Source: Candidatus Lokiarchaeum ossiferum
GTDB taxonomy: Archaea; Asgardarchaeota; Lokiarchaeia; Sigyniarchaeales; Promethearchaeaceae
Direction of reading: 5' to 3'
Length of the DNA: 32,000 nt
Assembly: GCA_025839675.1 (NCBI GenBank)
Contig: CP104013.1
Location: 1,710,001 to 1,742,000 of the forward strand
The notes beneath the pieces are model-generated. The model had not been told where the DNA came from, did not search any database, and saw nothing but the letters and a program-made list of their open reading frames with translations. The number at the start of each line of letters is the position of its first letter. Within the stretch, counting starts at the first letter, position 1. Shown here piece by piece: positions 14,962-24,290 of this stretch. The position numbers and the translations under genes are program-made.

Positions 14962-17022
14962 ATGATTCATAGTAATGGCGCGAGTATGAAGAAACGCGCA
15001 CCAGCCACATCAAAACCCCAAGAATTTGAGGGAACAGAAATTCACTTAGACGGAAAAGTATTAGTTTGTTTTATTTCTGTAGAAGATCAAGATACTTTCG
15101 ACATCAAAATTATCTCTAAACAAGCAACGGATGAAATTTTAAAAGGAATTAACTTAATTGAAGAATTTCCACAAGATATTGCTGAAAAAAACAAAGAAGT
15201 AGAAAAATTCAATACAGGATTAAAAAGAGCGCAAGAAAAAGGCTTTCGACAAAGTGACAATCCGCGAAAACTAAAAGAATTGATATTAGATCCTTCGGAA
15301 TATAAAGTGGATCGAATCTTAGTATATCCATGGGCCCATCTCAGCAACTATTTAAGCCAAGAAAAAGTAGCTTCGGAAGTATGTCCTGTCATCGCCAAGA
15401 TGTTAGAAGATAAAGGGTTAGAAGCACATTTTTCACCATTCGGATGGTATAAGGCGTTTACTTTAGATTGTTTAGGGCACGAAGTTGCCGAAATGTACCG
15501 AAATATACCTTTAGCATTATTATCTACTGAAGTGCGAGCAAAATCAAAAGTATATATAGTAAATAGTGATAAATCAGTTGACTTTTTCTGTGATTCTTCG
15601 GAAGAAGGCAAAAAGAATGCGAAAATTCCAAAACATTATTCCAAAGATTTTCGGGATTTTATTAAAGCTGAAGTACTTTCGACTCGTGAAAAGGGCAAAC
15701 AAGAACCAGCTCACATTAAAATGATGCAGAAATTCGAATTGGCGGATTTTGAAGATGCTTCGGATGCTGGAAATCTCCGATGGTATACAAAAGGAGTTTT
15801 GATGAAAAACTTAATTCGGGATTATACCGAACAAACGGTTGTGAATAACGGTGCAATCTATGTAGACACACCAGTGATGTATACAGTAAAAAATAAAAAA
15901 CTTACAGCACAAACCGCTCGCTTTCCTGCAAAAACCTATTGGGTCCATAGTGGAAATAATCGATTCCTTTTACGATTTGCGAGTGATTTCTTATTATTTA
16001 ACATGTTTTCTCAAATGCATATTCGCTCAGAACAACTTCCAATTAGATTTTATGAATATGAACAATATGCCTTTAGACGAGAACAAGCAGGAGAATTAGC
16101 GGGTTTACGGCGATTACGCACATTTACAATGCCCGACATGCACTCATTGTGTAAAGATGTACCTCAAGCAGTAGAAGAATTTAAAAAGCAATTTCTTATG
16201 TCCAATGAAGTCCTCAATTCTTTTGGTCTAAAATCTTTTATTGTAATTCGCACCACCGAAGAATTTTGGGAGAAACATAAGGATTGGATTATCGATATTA
16301 TGGCATCCCAAAACCAACCAGGATTAATTGAACTTTGGCCAGAACGGTATTATTACTTCATCTTAAAATATGAACGTCCTGTTCTTTCTGCTCAAGGACA
16401 TACTGCTTGTTTATGCACAAATCAAATTGATGTCGAATCCGCCCAAGATATAATTGAACAATATGGCGAAAAACGTCAAAAATATAACATATCTTGGCAT
16501 TCGAAAGATGGAGAAACCGACCATCCAATAATATTGCACAATTCTCCTTCAGGTGCAGTCGAACGTGTTATTTGGGGGCTATTAGAATCCAATGCAAGAT
16601 ATGAGAAAGATAAAGTATCCGGGTTTAAAACGTGGTTATCTCCTGTGCAAGTTCGGGTAATGGCCATTACAGATAAAGAAGCAGAAATTGCGGAAAAAAT
16701 AATGGAACAACTAAATGCAGAAAATATCCGCTGTGATTATGATGATAGGGATGAAAAAATTGGGAAGAAAATCCGCAGTGCAGAAGTTGAATGGATTCCC
16801 TATACCGTTGTGATTGGTTCCCAAGAAGTTGAAAATAATACAGTTTCAGTTAGAAAACGTTTAGTGGGAGAACCTTTAGTGGAAGGAAAAACAAATGAGC
16901 AAATCAACGATATCCCGCTACCAAAACTTTTTGAAATTATAAAGCAGGACTTGAAGGGATATCCTCATAGAACTTTGCCTATACCATTCAGAAAATTTTC
17001 AACACGTATTAATTTTAGATAA
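14962..17022 (+). CDS. thrS: threonyl-tRNA synthetase, archaeal type with N-terminal DTD-like editing domain
   Basis: 686 aa. The editing domain shows (L)IHS...VLVCFISVE...ILVYPWAHLS...FGWYKAF. The class II core shows FRREQAGELAGLRRLRTFTMPDMH, followed by the anticodon-binding domain. Coordinates use the first ATG. The start may instead be ATT at 14950 (see findings). Confidence 0.93.
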   Translation: MIHSNGASMKKRAPATSKPQEFEGTEIHLDGKVLVCFISVEDQDTFDIKIISKQATDEILKGINLIEEFPQDIAEKNKEVEKFNTGLKRAQEKGFRQSDNPRKLKELILDPSEYKVDRILVYPWAHLSNYLSQEKVASEVCPVIAKMLEDKGLEAHFSPFGWYKAFTLDCLGHEVAEMYRNIPLALLSTEVRAKSKVYIVNSDKSVDFFCDSSEEGKKNAKIPKHYSKDFRDFIKAEVLSTREKGKQEPAHIKMMQKFELADFEDASDAGNLRWYTKGVLMKNLIRDYTEQTVVNNGAIYVDTPVMYTVKNKKLTAQTARFPAKTYWVHSGNNRFLLRFASDFLLFNMFSQMHIRSEQLPIRFYEYEQYAFRREQAGELAGLRRLRTFTMPDMHSLCKDVPQAVEEFKKQFLMSNEVLNSFGLKSFIVIRTTEEFWEKHKDWIIDIMASQNQPGLIELWPERYYYFILKYERPVLSAQGHTACLCTNQIDVESAQDIIEQYGEKRQKYNISWHSKDGETDHPIILHNSPSGAVERVIWGLLESNARYEKDKVSGFKTWLSPVQVRVMAITDKEAEIAEKIMEQLNAENIRCDYDDRDEKIGKKIRSAEVEWIPYTVVIGSQEVENNTVSVRKRLVGEPLVEGKTNEQINDIPLPKLFEIIKQDLKGYPHRTLPIPFRKFSTRINFR

Positions 17023-17047
17023 AAAAAAAAATTCTATCTTTTTTTTT
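17021..17047. terminator. bidirectional A11-N7-T9 terminator between convergent thrS and the dehydrogenase gene
   Basis: The sequence AAAAAAAAAAATTCTATCTTTTTTTTT sits between the two convergent stop codons (17020-17022 and 17049-17051). It gives an oligo-T tract on each transcribed strand and can also pair as an A/T hairpin. Confidence 0.45.
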
Positions 17048-17048
17048 C

Positions 17049-18059
17049 TTACTCCATTTTAATCAGAGTTTTTATTATATCAGGATTGTTATAAGCATCC
17101 AAAGCCGTTTGGATCTGTTCTAAGGGATATATTTTTGAGATCATTGAGTTAACTTTGATTTCTCCTGATTGTAACCCTTGAATTGCCATTGGAAACGGTC
17201 CGCAGCGACTAGTATATATTTGAATTTCCCTCACAACCAAATCAGTAATATTTACAGGAGTTTGTAAACCATGGGTTGATTTAATATGTATTTTACCACA
17301 AGTCCGACAGGAAGCAATAATATCGTTTAAAACACTCGGATTTCCACTGGTATCAACACAAATATCAGCTCCAATCCCTCCAGTTAATTTTTTGATTTCG
17401 GATGATAAATTTTGTATCTTATGGCGGTTAAGTGTGTGAACTTCCCCATAACTTTTCACGAGGGTAAGTTTTTTTTCAGAACCATCGACTGCAATAACTT
17501 TCAATTTCTTTTGTAAAGCAATTTGTATGATAAGTAAACCTAACTTTCCTAGACCAAAAATCACAATATTGCGATCCTTTTCTTCAATCGGCATTTTTTC
17601 GAAAGTCTGATAGGCGGCAGCCAAGGGTTCAATGAATGAAGCATCTTCAAAGGATAAAACTGAAGGAATTTCATGTAATAAATATGATTCAACAGCAATA
17701 TACTGGGCAAAACCACCATCAATATCAATTCCTAAAGCTTTTCGAGAAATGCATTGAGTATAATTTTGATTTTCACAAAAATAGCAATTATTATCGATAT
17801 TACTATTAATTTCACAAGTAACCCGTTTTCCTTGCCAAATTGGATCGACATTAGATCCTAAATCTTGGACAATTCCGACGATTTCATGCCCTGGAATAAG
17901 GGGTATTTTAGGAACAGGCAAATCACCAGAAATAATCGCACGATCAGTGCCACAAACACCGGCAACCATAACTTTAATTAATACTTGAGACGCTGAAATG
18001 ATTGGTGGATTAATTTCTTTAATTTCAAGATTGGTTCCATTAAAAATAGCGGCTTTCAT
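17049..18059 (-). CDS. Zn-dependent alcohol/threonine/sorbitol dehydrogenase-like protein (MDR superfamily)
   Basis: 336 aa with GVCGTD, PLIPGHEIVG, the structural-zinc Cys cluster region (CYFCENQNYTQC) and the Rossmann motif IFGLGKLGLL. Confidence 0.85.
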   Translation of the reverse strand: MKAAIFNGTNLEIKEINPPIISASQVLIKVMVAGVCGTDRAIISGDLPVPKIPLIPGHEIVGIVQDLGSNVDPIWQGKRVTCEINSNIDNNCYFCENQNYTQCISRKALGIDIDGGFAQYIAVESYLLHEIPSVLSFEDASFIEPLAAAYQTFEKMPIEEKDRNIVIFGLGKLGLLIIQIALQKKLKVIAVDGSEKKLTLVKSYGEVHTLNRHKIQNLSSEIKKLTGGIGADICVDTSGNPSVLNDIIASCRTCGKIHIKSTHGLQTPVNITDLVVREIQIYTSRCGPFPMAIQGLQSGEIKVNSMISKIYPLEQIQTALDAYNNPDIIKTLIKME

Positions 18060-18141
18060 AATATAACATCAATTTTGTTACCTATAGAATTTTATGAATT
18101 GTATCGAGATTTTTTTTTTCATGAAGCTCCAATTGTTTGAG

Positions 18142-18197
18142 TGGGAAAAAACACCCAATTGTAAAATTATGGAGAGTTTGATGGGAGTTTTTTCCCA
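18142..18197. repeat. 11-bp perfect inverted repeat TGGGAAAAAAC ... GTTTTTTCCCA with a 34-nt spacer
   Basis: Arms at 18142-18152 and 18187-18197, 83-138 nt upstream of the dehydrogenase ATG (18059, minus strand) in a 450-nt intergenic region. Confidence 0.35.
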
Positions 18198-18509
18198 GAA
18201 CGTGTGTTTTAGATTAAAAGCAACAATGATTTAAAGGATCTTACATTTTGGTAATTAGTAATTTATTATCTTTGGATGCTTGAAATGCCTGAAATAAAAA
18301 TTGATTTTAATTTATTCTTTCCATCTGAAAGAATATGCCAAACTTATTACGAAATTCTCAAAGAACACAACTTAATTTCACCAAAAGATCCAGTAAGTGA
18401 AAAAAAACCTAAGCGGTCCTTGGAGATCGATCACTTTATTTGTTGAAATGCATTCCGCCATATTTTTTAAATAATTCTATCTCGTTAATTCCTAAAATTT
18501 TAGAAAAAA

Positions 18510-19868
18510 TTAAACTTTTGAAAAATCTATCTTAATTGACTTATCTTTAGGCCAAGAGCCACGAAGCAAAATATCTCGAGAGGGTTCATGAGTTTCAATA
18601 ATCTCAAATCCACCTTGACGTTCTAATTCTTGAGCAAATTCCAATAGATCATCATATGTTGGAGCATAATCACGCAGTTCACGATTCTCACCAAGATGAC
18701 CTAAACGATTCTGAAGTTCTAAAGCATGAGCTTCTACAGTGAATCCTTTTATATCAATGAAATTAGGTGTAGCACCTTTCAAAATTTTAACATATTCTGG
18801 AACCATATCAAGGTTTATATTCAAATATTTTACAGCGGTGATTCTTACAACCGTCCTACAAGGTAGTTCAGGTAAGAGTTGAAGAGTTTCTAAAAGATTT
18901 TCCCACGCATGTTTTGTCATAGGGCGCGAAATTTGATTAAATGACTTTCTATTGGAAGCAGGGAGTGTGATGTACAATTGGGTGGGAAGATGATTTTCAT
19001 TATATAATTTCCTAATAACAGAGGGATGAGTCCCATTTGATACAATGAACGTGCACATGTTTCGTTTTCGAAATTCTTCAATAAATTCTCCAATGCGAGG
19101 ATACAAGGTAGGTTCTCCAGCTAAGGAAATAGCTGCATGTTTGGGAGTTTTAGCCCGTTCAAAAACAGCTATGATCTCTTCTTTTGTTGTCACTTCTTTG
19201 AGGATTGCAGCATCAACATCATTGTGAGATTTCAAATCAGCTTTCCATTTCTGAGTTAATACATATTTATCATCTTCAGGATTGAGTAAAATTTTACAAT
19301 TTTTTAATAGCAACATAGCACGATGAATTTTTGCACGAGTCGTTGAAAAAAGATTGGCAATTTCCATCTCCCCAAAATTTAAATTATTAGAATTAATTTT
19401 CTGAGCATGATCTACATAATGATAGAGAATTTTATGCATGAGATCGAAATTTTCCAAGGATTTTTTAAGAGTGATATGTTCAAAAATAAGATTTTGAGAA
19501 TGACGAATCATTTCCCTTGCGAGTAACTTTGGTTCATCAACATCACCTTTCCATTCTGCACCAAAGGAAGAATTTTCAATATCACGCCAACAAAATACAC
19601 ATTGATGATTACAAAATGGCAAAGCGGGAGTATTTTGAATACATCCCTCGGATTCTATGCCAAAATAACCTTTATAACAGTTCCGATTGGATCTTCCGGT
19701 TAGCATTTTTTGTTCTTGCCAATGGCAAGGTTTTACTGCAGAATGTTTGAGTGGACCAATGATCCGATAATTAGATTTCATATAGGACTTAATTAACTTA
19801 TCTTTATCAAATCCCGCGATTTTTATCGATTTCTTGGGATTTTTTTTTGTTTTCTGAGATAAATCCAT
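18510..19868 (-). CDS. taw1: tRNA 4-demethylwyosine synthase Taw1/TYW1 (radical SAM) with an internal insertion
   Basis: H.AVKPCHW...NCYKGYFGIESEGCIQNTPALPFCNHQCVFCWR (auxiliary Cys plus the CxxxCxxC radical-SAM cluster), AISLAGEPTLYP and the FIDIKGF region match the Taw1/TYW1 layout. At 452 aa it is clearly longer than typical archaeal Taw1. Confidence 0.9.
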   Translation of the reverse strand: MDLSQKTKKNPKKSIKIAGFDKDKLIKSYMKSNYRIIGPLKHSAVKPCHWQEQKMLTGRSNRNCYKGYFGIESEGCIQNTPALPFCNHQCVFCWRDIENSSFGAEWKGDVDEPKLLAREMIRHSQNLIFEHITLKKSLENFDLMHKILYHYVDHAQKINSNNLNFGEMEIANLFSTTRAKIHRAMLLLKNCKILLNPEDDKYVLTQKWKADLKSHNDVDAAILKEVTTKEEIIAVFERAKTPKHAAISLAGEPTLYPRIGEFIEEFRKRNMCTFIVSNGTHPSVIRKLYNENHLPTQLYITLPASNRKSFNQISRPMTKHAWENLLETLQLLPELPCRTVVRITAVKYLNINLDMVPEYVKILKGATPNFIDIKGFTVEAHALELQNRLGHLGENRELRDYAPTYDDLLEFAQELERQGGFEIIETHEPSRDILLRGSWPKDKSIKIDFSKV

Positions 19869-19918
19869 TTTAATAGGGAAAAGAAAGGAAAAGAAAAAAA
19901 ATTTGTGATTAAAATCAA

Positions 19919-22900
19919 TTAATCTGTATCTTCGAGGAATTCACAAATTTCGAGCTTGGATTGATTGAAGAAACCGACGATCATAAACGCAAAGGTTAGC
20001 CCAAGCACCATCCCTAATACTAAAACAAATTCTAAGTAGTTGAAGAATATAGGCATATTCAAGAAACCTCCCCCGAGGGTTAAGGAATACATTTTACAAA
20101 ATGCCATGGAAGTAAGAGTACCTCCGAGGATCCCAACGACAACAGATATTAAAAATGCAATTAACATCTGAACGGAGAGCATGGAATAGATCCCTTTTCG
20201 ACCAAATCCTCTAGCAAGCAATTCCCCATACATACTTTTGTTTTGATCCTGGGCAGAAAAGATCAAAATTGCGACCCCAACAGCAAGAACTGCCCCAATT
20301 ACGATCAAATTGAAGTAAAAAAGTCCTAGATAAGGAATTTCAATAGTATTATAGGATGAACTGTCAACAGTTTTCCAATTATAATTGTATGATTCAAATT
20401 CGACCGCATATGTATTATAGGTCGAGGAATCACGAATTAGATTAATAATTGGGGTATAATCATTAGTTCCTTCAGTGTCCAAATTATTGACATCGATTAA
20501 TTCTATTACTCGATTTGTGGGAATAACTTCCTTTGAATAATTGAAGACATGCGTATCTATAATCATGAAATCCTCAAGATCATCTTGGCTAAAATACAAA
20601 CCAGGCATAACATCAAGAACCATGAAAATTCGAGCAGTAATCAATTTATTCACCCGAGCTCCAGTAACATAATTGGTCGAAGTATGTGTTAAAACGACCG
20701 TTTCTCCAATCCTAAAATCATTATTAGCAAGATAAGTACTGCTAACAATAATTCCAGCATTATCTTCTGATAGATCAGCATTGTAATCAATTACACTTTG
20801 AATATCGGAAGCAAAGTTTTGATTAGGTAGATTTTTATCACTTTCCTTAACAATGTCTAAGTATTCTGTCAGATTTACAAAAAATTGATTATTTTTAACC
20901 TGACCACGATGCTCAAACTTTGTATAGACTAGTGTCATGTCGTTTACAACCGAATTATTTGTATCATCCCGTAGATTCCGAATTTCGTCGCTAAAATTGT
21001 CCAAGTCTTCATGATCTTCAAATATTTGACCAGCTACTAAAAATTCCATCTTTAAATCGGCACCAACAGCTAAATTTGTTCGAATTTGGGATTGTCTGAC
21101 AAGGGAGTTGGTACTCATGTTTCCAAAGACCAATAAAGACACGAAAATTCCAATTAAAAATACAATTCTTGTATACTGTTTTTGTCGTGTCATTTCAATA
21201 CCTACTAAATAATCCCGTTTACGAATGAATAAATGGCTGATTTTTTTTGCTATTTTGGCAAAACGCGGGGGCGATTCTACAATTAGAAATCTTAACAAAC
21301 CAGCCACAAGCACAAAGGGGCTTGCTATTGTCAAAATTGTAATAAAAGTAATCTGAGATTGAAGAACTAATGCAATTTCGATTAAACTATCTGATGCTCC
21401 AGGTCGTTGACCAAGAAGAACCATGAAGAATAATATTGGAGGTAAAAGAGCAGCAAAAGAAATTGCCACACCCCATTTTGGAATTAATTCTTCCTTACGT
21501 TTGATGAAATTCTGAATATCTAATTCTTCTTGTTTAGCAGCTTCGTTAATTTGAGACTTATATTCCTTTATATAGAGAGAAGTTTCATCATAATCCGTAT
21601 CCCCTTCTTTTTGAGTTAAAGCTGATGAGATTTCAGAGGTTTTAAGCTTATTGATAAATCGGATCGCACTAATAGAGGCTAATAGAGTCATAACGGTTCC
21701 AAACAAAAAAGTTTCCCCAATGGTTGTAATAGTCACACTAGGCGATAAAAGAAATCCTTCTACGTTAAAATCATTCAAGAATATAGGATTCAACCAATAT
21801 TGACCTAAAAAGAAGATACCAAATCCAAAAAGGATTCCCAGGATCGAAATAAAGAAACTATTTACAATTGATTCAGTTATTAATTGATTTTGAACCATTC
21901 TCTTAGGAAAACCACGCATGCGCATCGAAAAGAACTCAAAATATCGCTTTCTTATATTTGACTTGTTAGCAATCGAACCTAAGTAAATTGCAAACAAATA
22001 TAATGGTAAATTTGTAAATTGAATCGACAATCGAATATCGGTTTGAAAATCAAATTGTTCCAAAAACACTGGAGAAATGATATTATATGCCTGATATGTT
22101 GAAGGAAAGTTGTAAATTGTTCGTTGGAATTCATCTTCAATTATTTCAGAGGATGCACTAAGCCAAGCAATATTTACAGAATCTCGATCGTAATCTACGC
22201 CTAATAATGTTTTAATCGTAAATCCAAAATTTTTTCGATTTTGAATATATGAATCGTTTTCAAAAGCATTTATAATGGATTCCGTTGGATAAATCTGTGA
22301 CTCATTAGAAAAATCATTATAGGTAAAAATCCTAAATTGATTAAAGTCAAAATCTGATTCACCTACTTGAGCTAAAACACGTTTAGTAGAATATAACCCA
22401 ACGATATTAATATCATCAAGAGTTAAATTGTATTTTCCTATAGTATTCACTTGAATTGTCAAGTTTTCTTTAGATGAGACACTTAAATTGTATTCGTCAG
22501 CAAATTCCGAAGCAACAAGACATTCTCCAGGATTAGTTGGTACCTTACCTTCATCAATATTAATATAATTTTGAAATCTTGAGGAGCTGTAGAGATTATT
22601 TGCAGAAATCCACACTAAATCTTGTTGTTCAATTACACCGAAGATATCTTGATTAATATAGAGAAGTTCCGAAGAAATTTCCCTATAGTAGTAGGAGTCA
22701 AGAATATCAAGTGAAGAATCTGAGAATATATCTTGAATATAGGTCTCATTTTCCCCAATGGTCCAATCCATTGCATCATTATCTATATCTACACAAAAAT
22801 CGAACATATTTGTATACCCTTGTTGAAGAGTAAATTCCTGTGCAGAATCAAAATAATAACCAAAACCAGCAACCATTGATACTGCCAAACCAAGTGCCAA

Positions 22901-22969
22901 GATCGTTAATTTTGATTGTTTGGTATATTTTATTCCTTGTTTCCAATAAAAGGATATTTTATTTCCCAA
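19919..22969 (-). CDS. ABC transporter permease, double FtsX/MacB-type (P1, 1016 aa) with two large extracytoplasmic domains
   Basis: It has an N-terminal TM, a ~290-aa extracytoplasmic domain and a first FtsX unit (FSMRMRGFPKRMVQNQLITESIVNSFFISILGILFGFG). More TMs and a second ~250-aa exo-domain follow. A C-terminal FtsX unit (ELLARGFGRKGIYSMLSVQMLIAFLISVVVGILGG) ends the protein. TTG start. Co-oriented with and 48 nt downstream of the ATPase gene. Confidence 0.8.
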   Translation of the reverse strand: MGNKISFYWKQGIKYTKQSKLTILALGLAVSMVAGFGYYFDSAQEFTLQQGYTNMFDFCVDIDNDAMDWTIGENETYIQDIFSDSSLDILDSYYYREISSELLYINQDIFGVIEQQDLVWISANNLYSSSRFQNYINIDEGKVPTNPGECLVASEFADEYNLSVSSKENLTIQVNTIGKYNLTLDDINIVGLYSTKRVLAQVGESDFDFNQFRIFTYNDFSNESQIYPTESIINAFENDSYIQNRKNFGFTIKTLLGVDYDRDSVNIAWLSASSEIIEDEFQRTIYNFPSTYQAYNIISPVFLEQFDFQTDIRLSIQFTNLPLYLFAIYLGSIANKSNIRKRYFEFFSMRMRGFPKRMVQNQLITESIVNSFFISILGILFGFGIFFLGQYWLNPIFLNDFNVEGFLLSPSVTITTIGETFLFGTVMTLLASISAIRFINKLKTSEISSALTQKEGDTDYDETSLYIKEYKSQINEAAKQEELDIQNFIKRKEELIPKWGVAISFAALLPPILFFMVLLGQRPGASDSLIEIALVLQSQITFITILTIASPFVLVAGLLRFLIVESPPRFAKIAKKISHLFIRKRDYLVGIEMTRQKQYTRIVFLIGIFVSLLVFGNMSTNSLVRQSQIRTNLAVGADLKMEFLVAGQIFEDHEDLDNFSDEIRNLRDDTNNSVVNDMTLVYTKFEHRGQVKNNQFFVNLTEYLDIVKESDKNLPNQNFASDIQSVIDYNADLSEDNAGIIVSSTYLANNDFRIGETVVLTHTSTNYVTGARVNKLITARIFMVLDVMPGLYFSQDDLEDFMIIDTHVFNYSKEVIPTNRVIELIDVNNLDTEGTNDYTPIINLIRDSSTYNTYAVEFESYNYNWKTVDSSSYNTIEIPYLGLFYFNLIVIGAVLAVGVAILIFSAQDQNKSMYGELLARGFGRKGIYSMLSVQMLIAFLISVVVGILGGTLTSMAFCKMYSLTLGGGFLNMPIFFNYLEFVLVLGMVLGLTFAFMIVGFFNQSKLEICEFLEDTD

Positions 22970-23017
22970 TTTACCACATCCATATTCTATTTTTACTTAC
23001 GAAAAAAAATTGAGAAA

Positions 23018-24109
23018 TCAATCAAGGGACTCCATTTCATTTATTTTAACTTTATTCAAATCATGCGCTGTAACAGCCACAAAAGATAATTCATTACATT
23101 CTTTACAAAATATAGCCGCTTTTTGAACAATCTTAAAATCATGTATTGCACAATAAACATCGTTTTTATCGATTTTCTTCACAATATTTGTTGAATGGCA
23201 GTGTGGACACAATTTAACCTCATTCAACTTTGGAAAATTTTTTGGTTGAATAAGTTTATTCGTGGCATCATTTGATCGGGATAAAGACATGTCTGTTAAC
23301 ATATCTGATCCATTTGATTCATATTCAATTTCAGCATCATCAGACTTCCCATCGATTCTACGAACAAATTGACCATCACGAATAACTAAGGTATAATCAG
23401 CAATCTTTCTAACTGCAGGATCATGAGTTACAATTAATAATGCTTTATCGGGATTAGATTGCATAAATTCTTTAAATACTGTCAGAATGTTTTCAGCAGA
23501 AACAGAATCAACACTTGCTGTAGGCTCGTCTGCAATAACTAAAGCAGGATCGTTAGCAAAAGCCATCGCAATGGACAATCGTTGTTTTTCCCCACCTGAC
23601 ATGGTTGAAGGGCGATGATTCATTCGATGATCAAGACTAACTGCTTGCAATAATGATTTAACTCGTTCTTTTCGAGATTTTTTATCAATTTTATCTGCAA
23701 CAATCATAGGCAATTCGACATTACCAGAAGCAGTTAAACTGGGAATCAAATTAAATGATTGAAAAATGATTCCAATTTCATCTTGTAGTAATTTTTGAAT
23801 TCCTTCATCTCGTAACTTGGTGATCTCTAAACCCTTGATTTTAACAGAACCAGCATTTGGTTTTTCAATCCCGCATAAACAGTTGAGCAAAGTGGTTTTT
23901 CCAGAGCCAGAAGGACCCATAATAACCACTAATTCACCAGGATAAATCTTAAGATCTATCCCACGAACAGCCATAACTTCAATTTTCTTTTGTTTGAAAA
24001 TTTTATAAATACCCGTCATTTCCACAACAGGGATTTTATGTTTTTTTTCGATGCTGACTTCGCTAACAGCAGTAACAGTTTCAATTTTTCCTTCCATAAT
24101 TATCATCAA
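23018..24109 (-). CDS. ABC transporter ATP-binding protein (MacB/LolD-like) with a C-terminal zinc-ribbon extension
   Basis: Walker A is GPSGSGKTT, the signature is MSGGEKQR, Walker B is LVIADEPT and the H-loop is VTHD. About 110 aa follow the ABC core and end in CPHC...(x32)...CKEC. The track start is TTG at 24109; ATG at 24104-24106 or 24095-24097 are alternatives. TGA stop. Confidence 0.9.
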   Translation of the reverse strand: MMIIMEGKIETVTAVSEVSIEKKHKIPVVEMTGIYKIFKQKKIEVMAVRGIDLKIYPGELVVIMGPSGSGKTTLLNCLCGIEKPNAGSVKIKGLEITKLRDEGIQKLLQDEIGIIFQSFNLIPSLTASGNVELPMIVADKIDKKSRKERVKSLLQAVSLDHRMNHRPSTMSGGEKQRLSIAMAFANDPALVIADEPTASVDSVSAENILTVFKEFMQSNPDKALLIVTHDPAVRKIADYTLVIRDGQFVRRIDGKSDDAEIEYESNGSDMLTDMSLSRSNDATNKLIQPKNFPKLNEVKLCPHCHSTNIVKKIDKNDVYCAIHDFKIVQKAAIFCKECNELSFVAVTAHDLNKVKINEMESLD

Positions 24110-24146
24110 AAATTTATTTTTTTTATTTTATTTATCTTTCAAATCC

Positions 24147-24180
24147 ATTTAAATTTTTTCGTATTTTTGAATTTTGAAAA
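24147..24180 (-). promoter_or_regulatory. 25-nt conserved element plus TTTAAAT box upstream of the ATPase-P1 operon
   Basis: The minus strand reads TTTTCAAAATTCAAAAATACGAAAA (24180-24156), then AA, then TTTAAAT (24153-24147). The box ends 37-40 nt before the candidate start codons. The 25-mer is identical to the copy at 24475-24499. Confidence 0.55.
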
Positions 24181-24273
24181 AATGAATTTTTCACTTTTTT
24201 TGCAATTTTCAAATTATCAACCAAATAAGTTTATTTTCATGATTTAGACACATTAAATTTCCAACACATTTGA

Positions 24274-24290
24274 AATTCAAATTTTGAATT
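24274..24290. repeat. 17-bp perfect palindrome AATTCAAATTTTGAATT in the divergent intergenic region
   Basis: Verified base by base, with the centre at 24282. It shares the TTCAAA/TTTGAA half-site with the 25-nt element. Confidence 0.4.

Noticed and set aside
18276-18446. 56-codon plus-strand ORF (MLEMPEIKIDFNLFFPSERICQTYYEILKEHNLISPKDPVSEKKPKRSLEIDHFIC) in the taw1-dehydrogenase gap
   Set aside because: It is short, has no motif and no obvious ribosome-binding or promoter signal. It cannot be supported as a gene from sequence alone.
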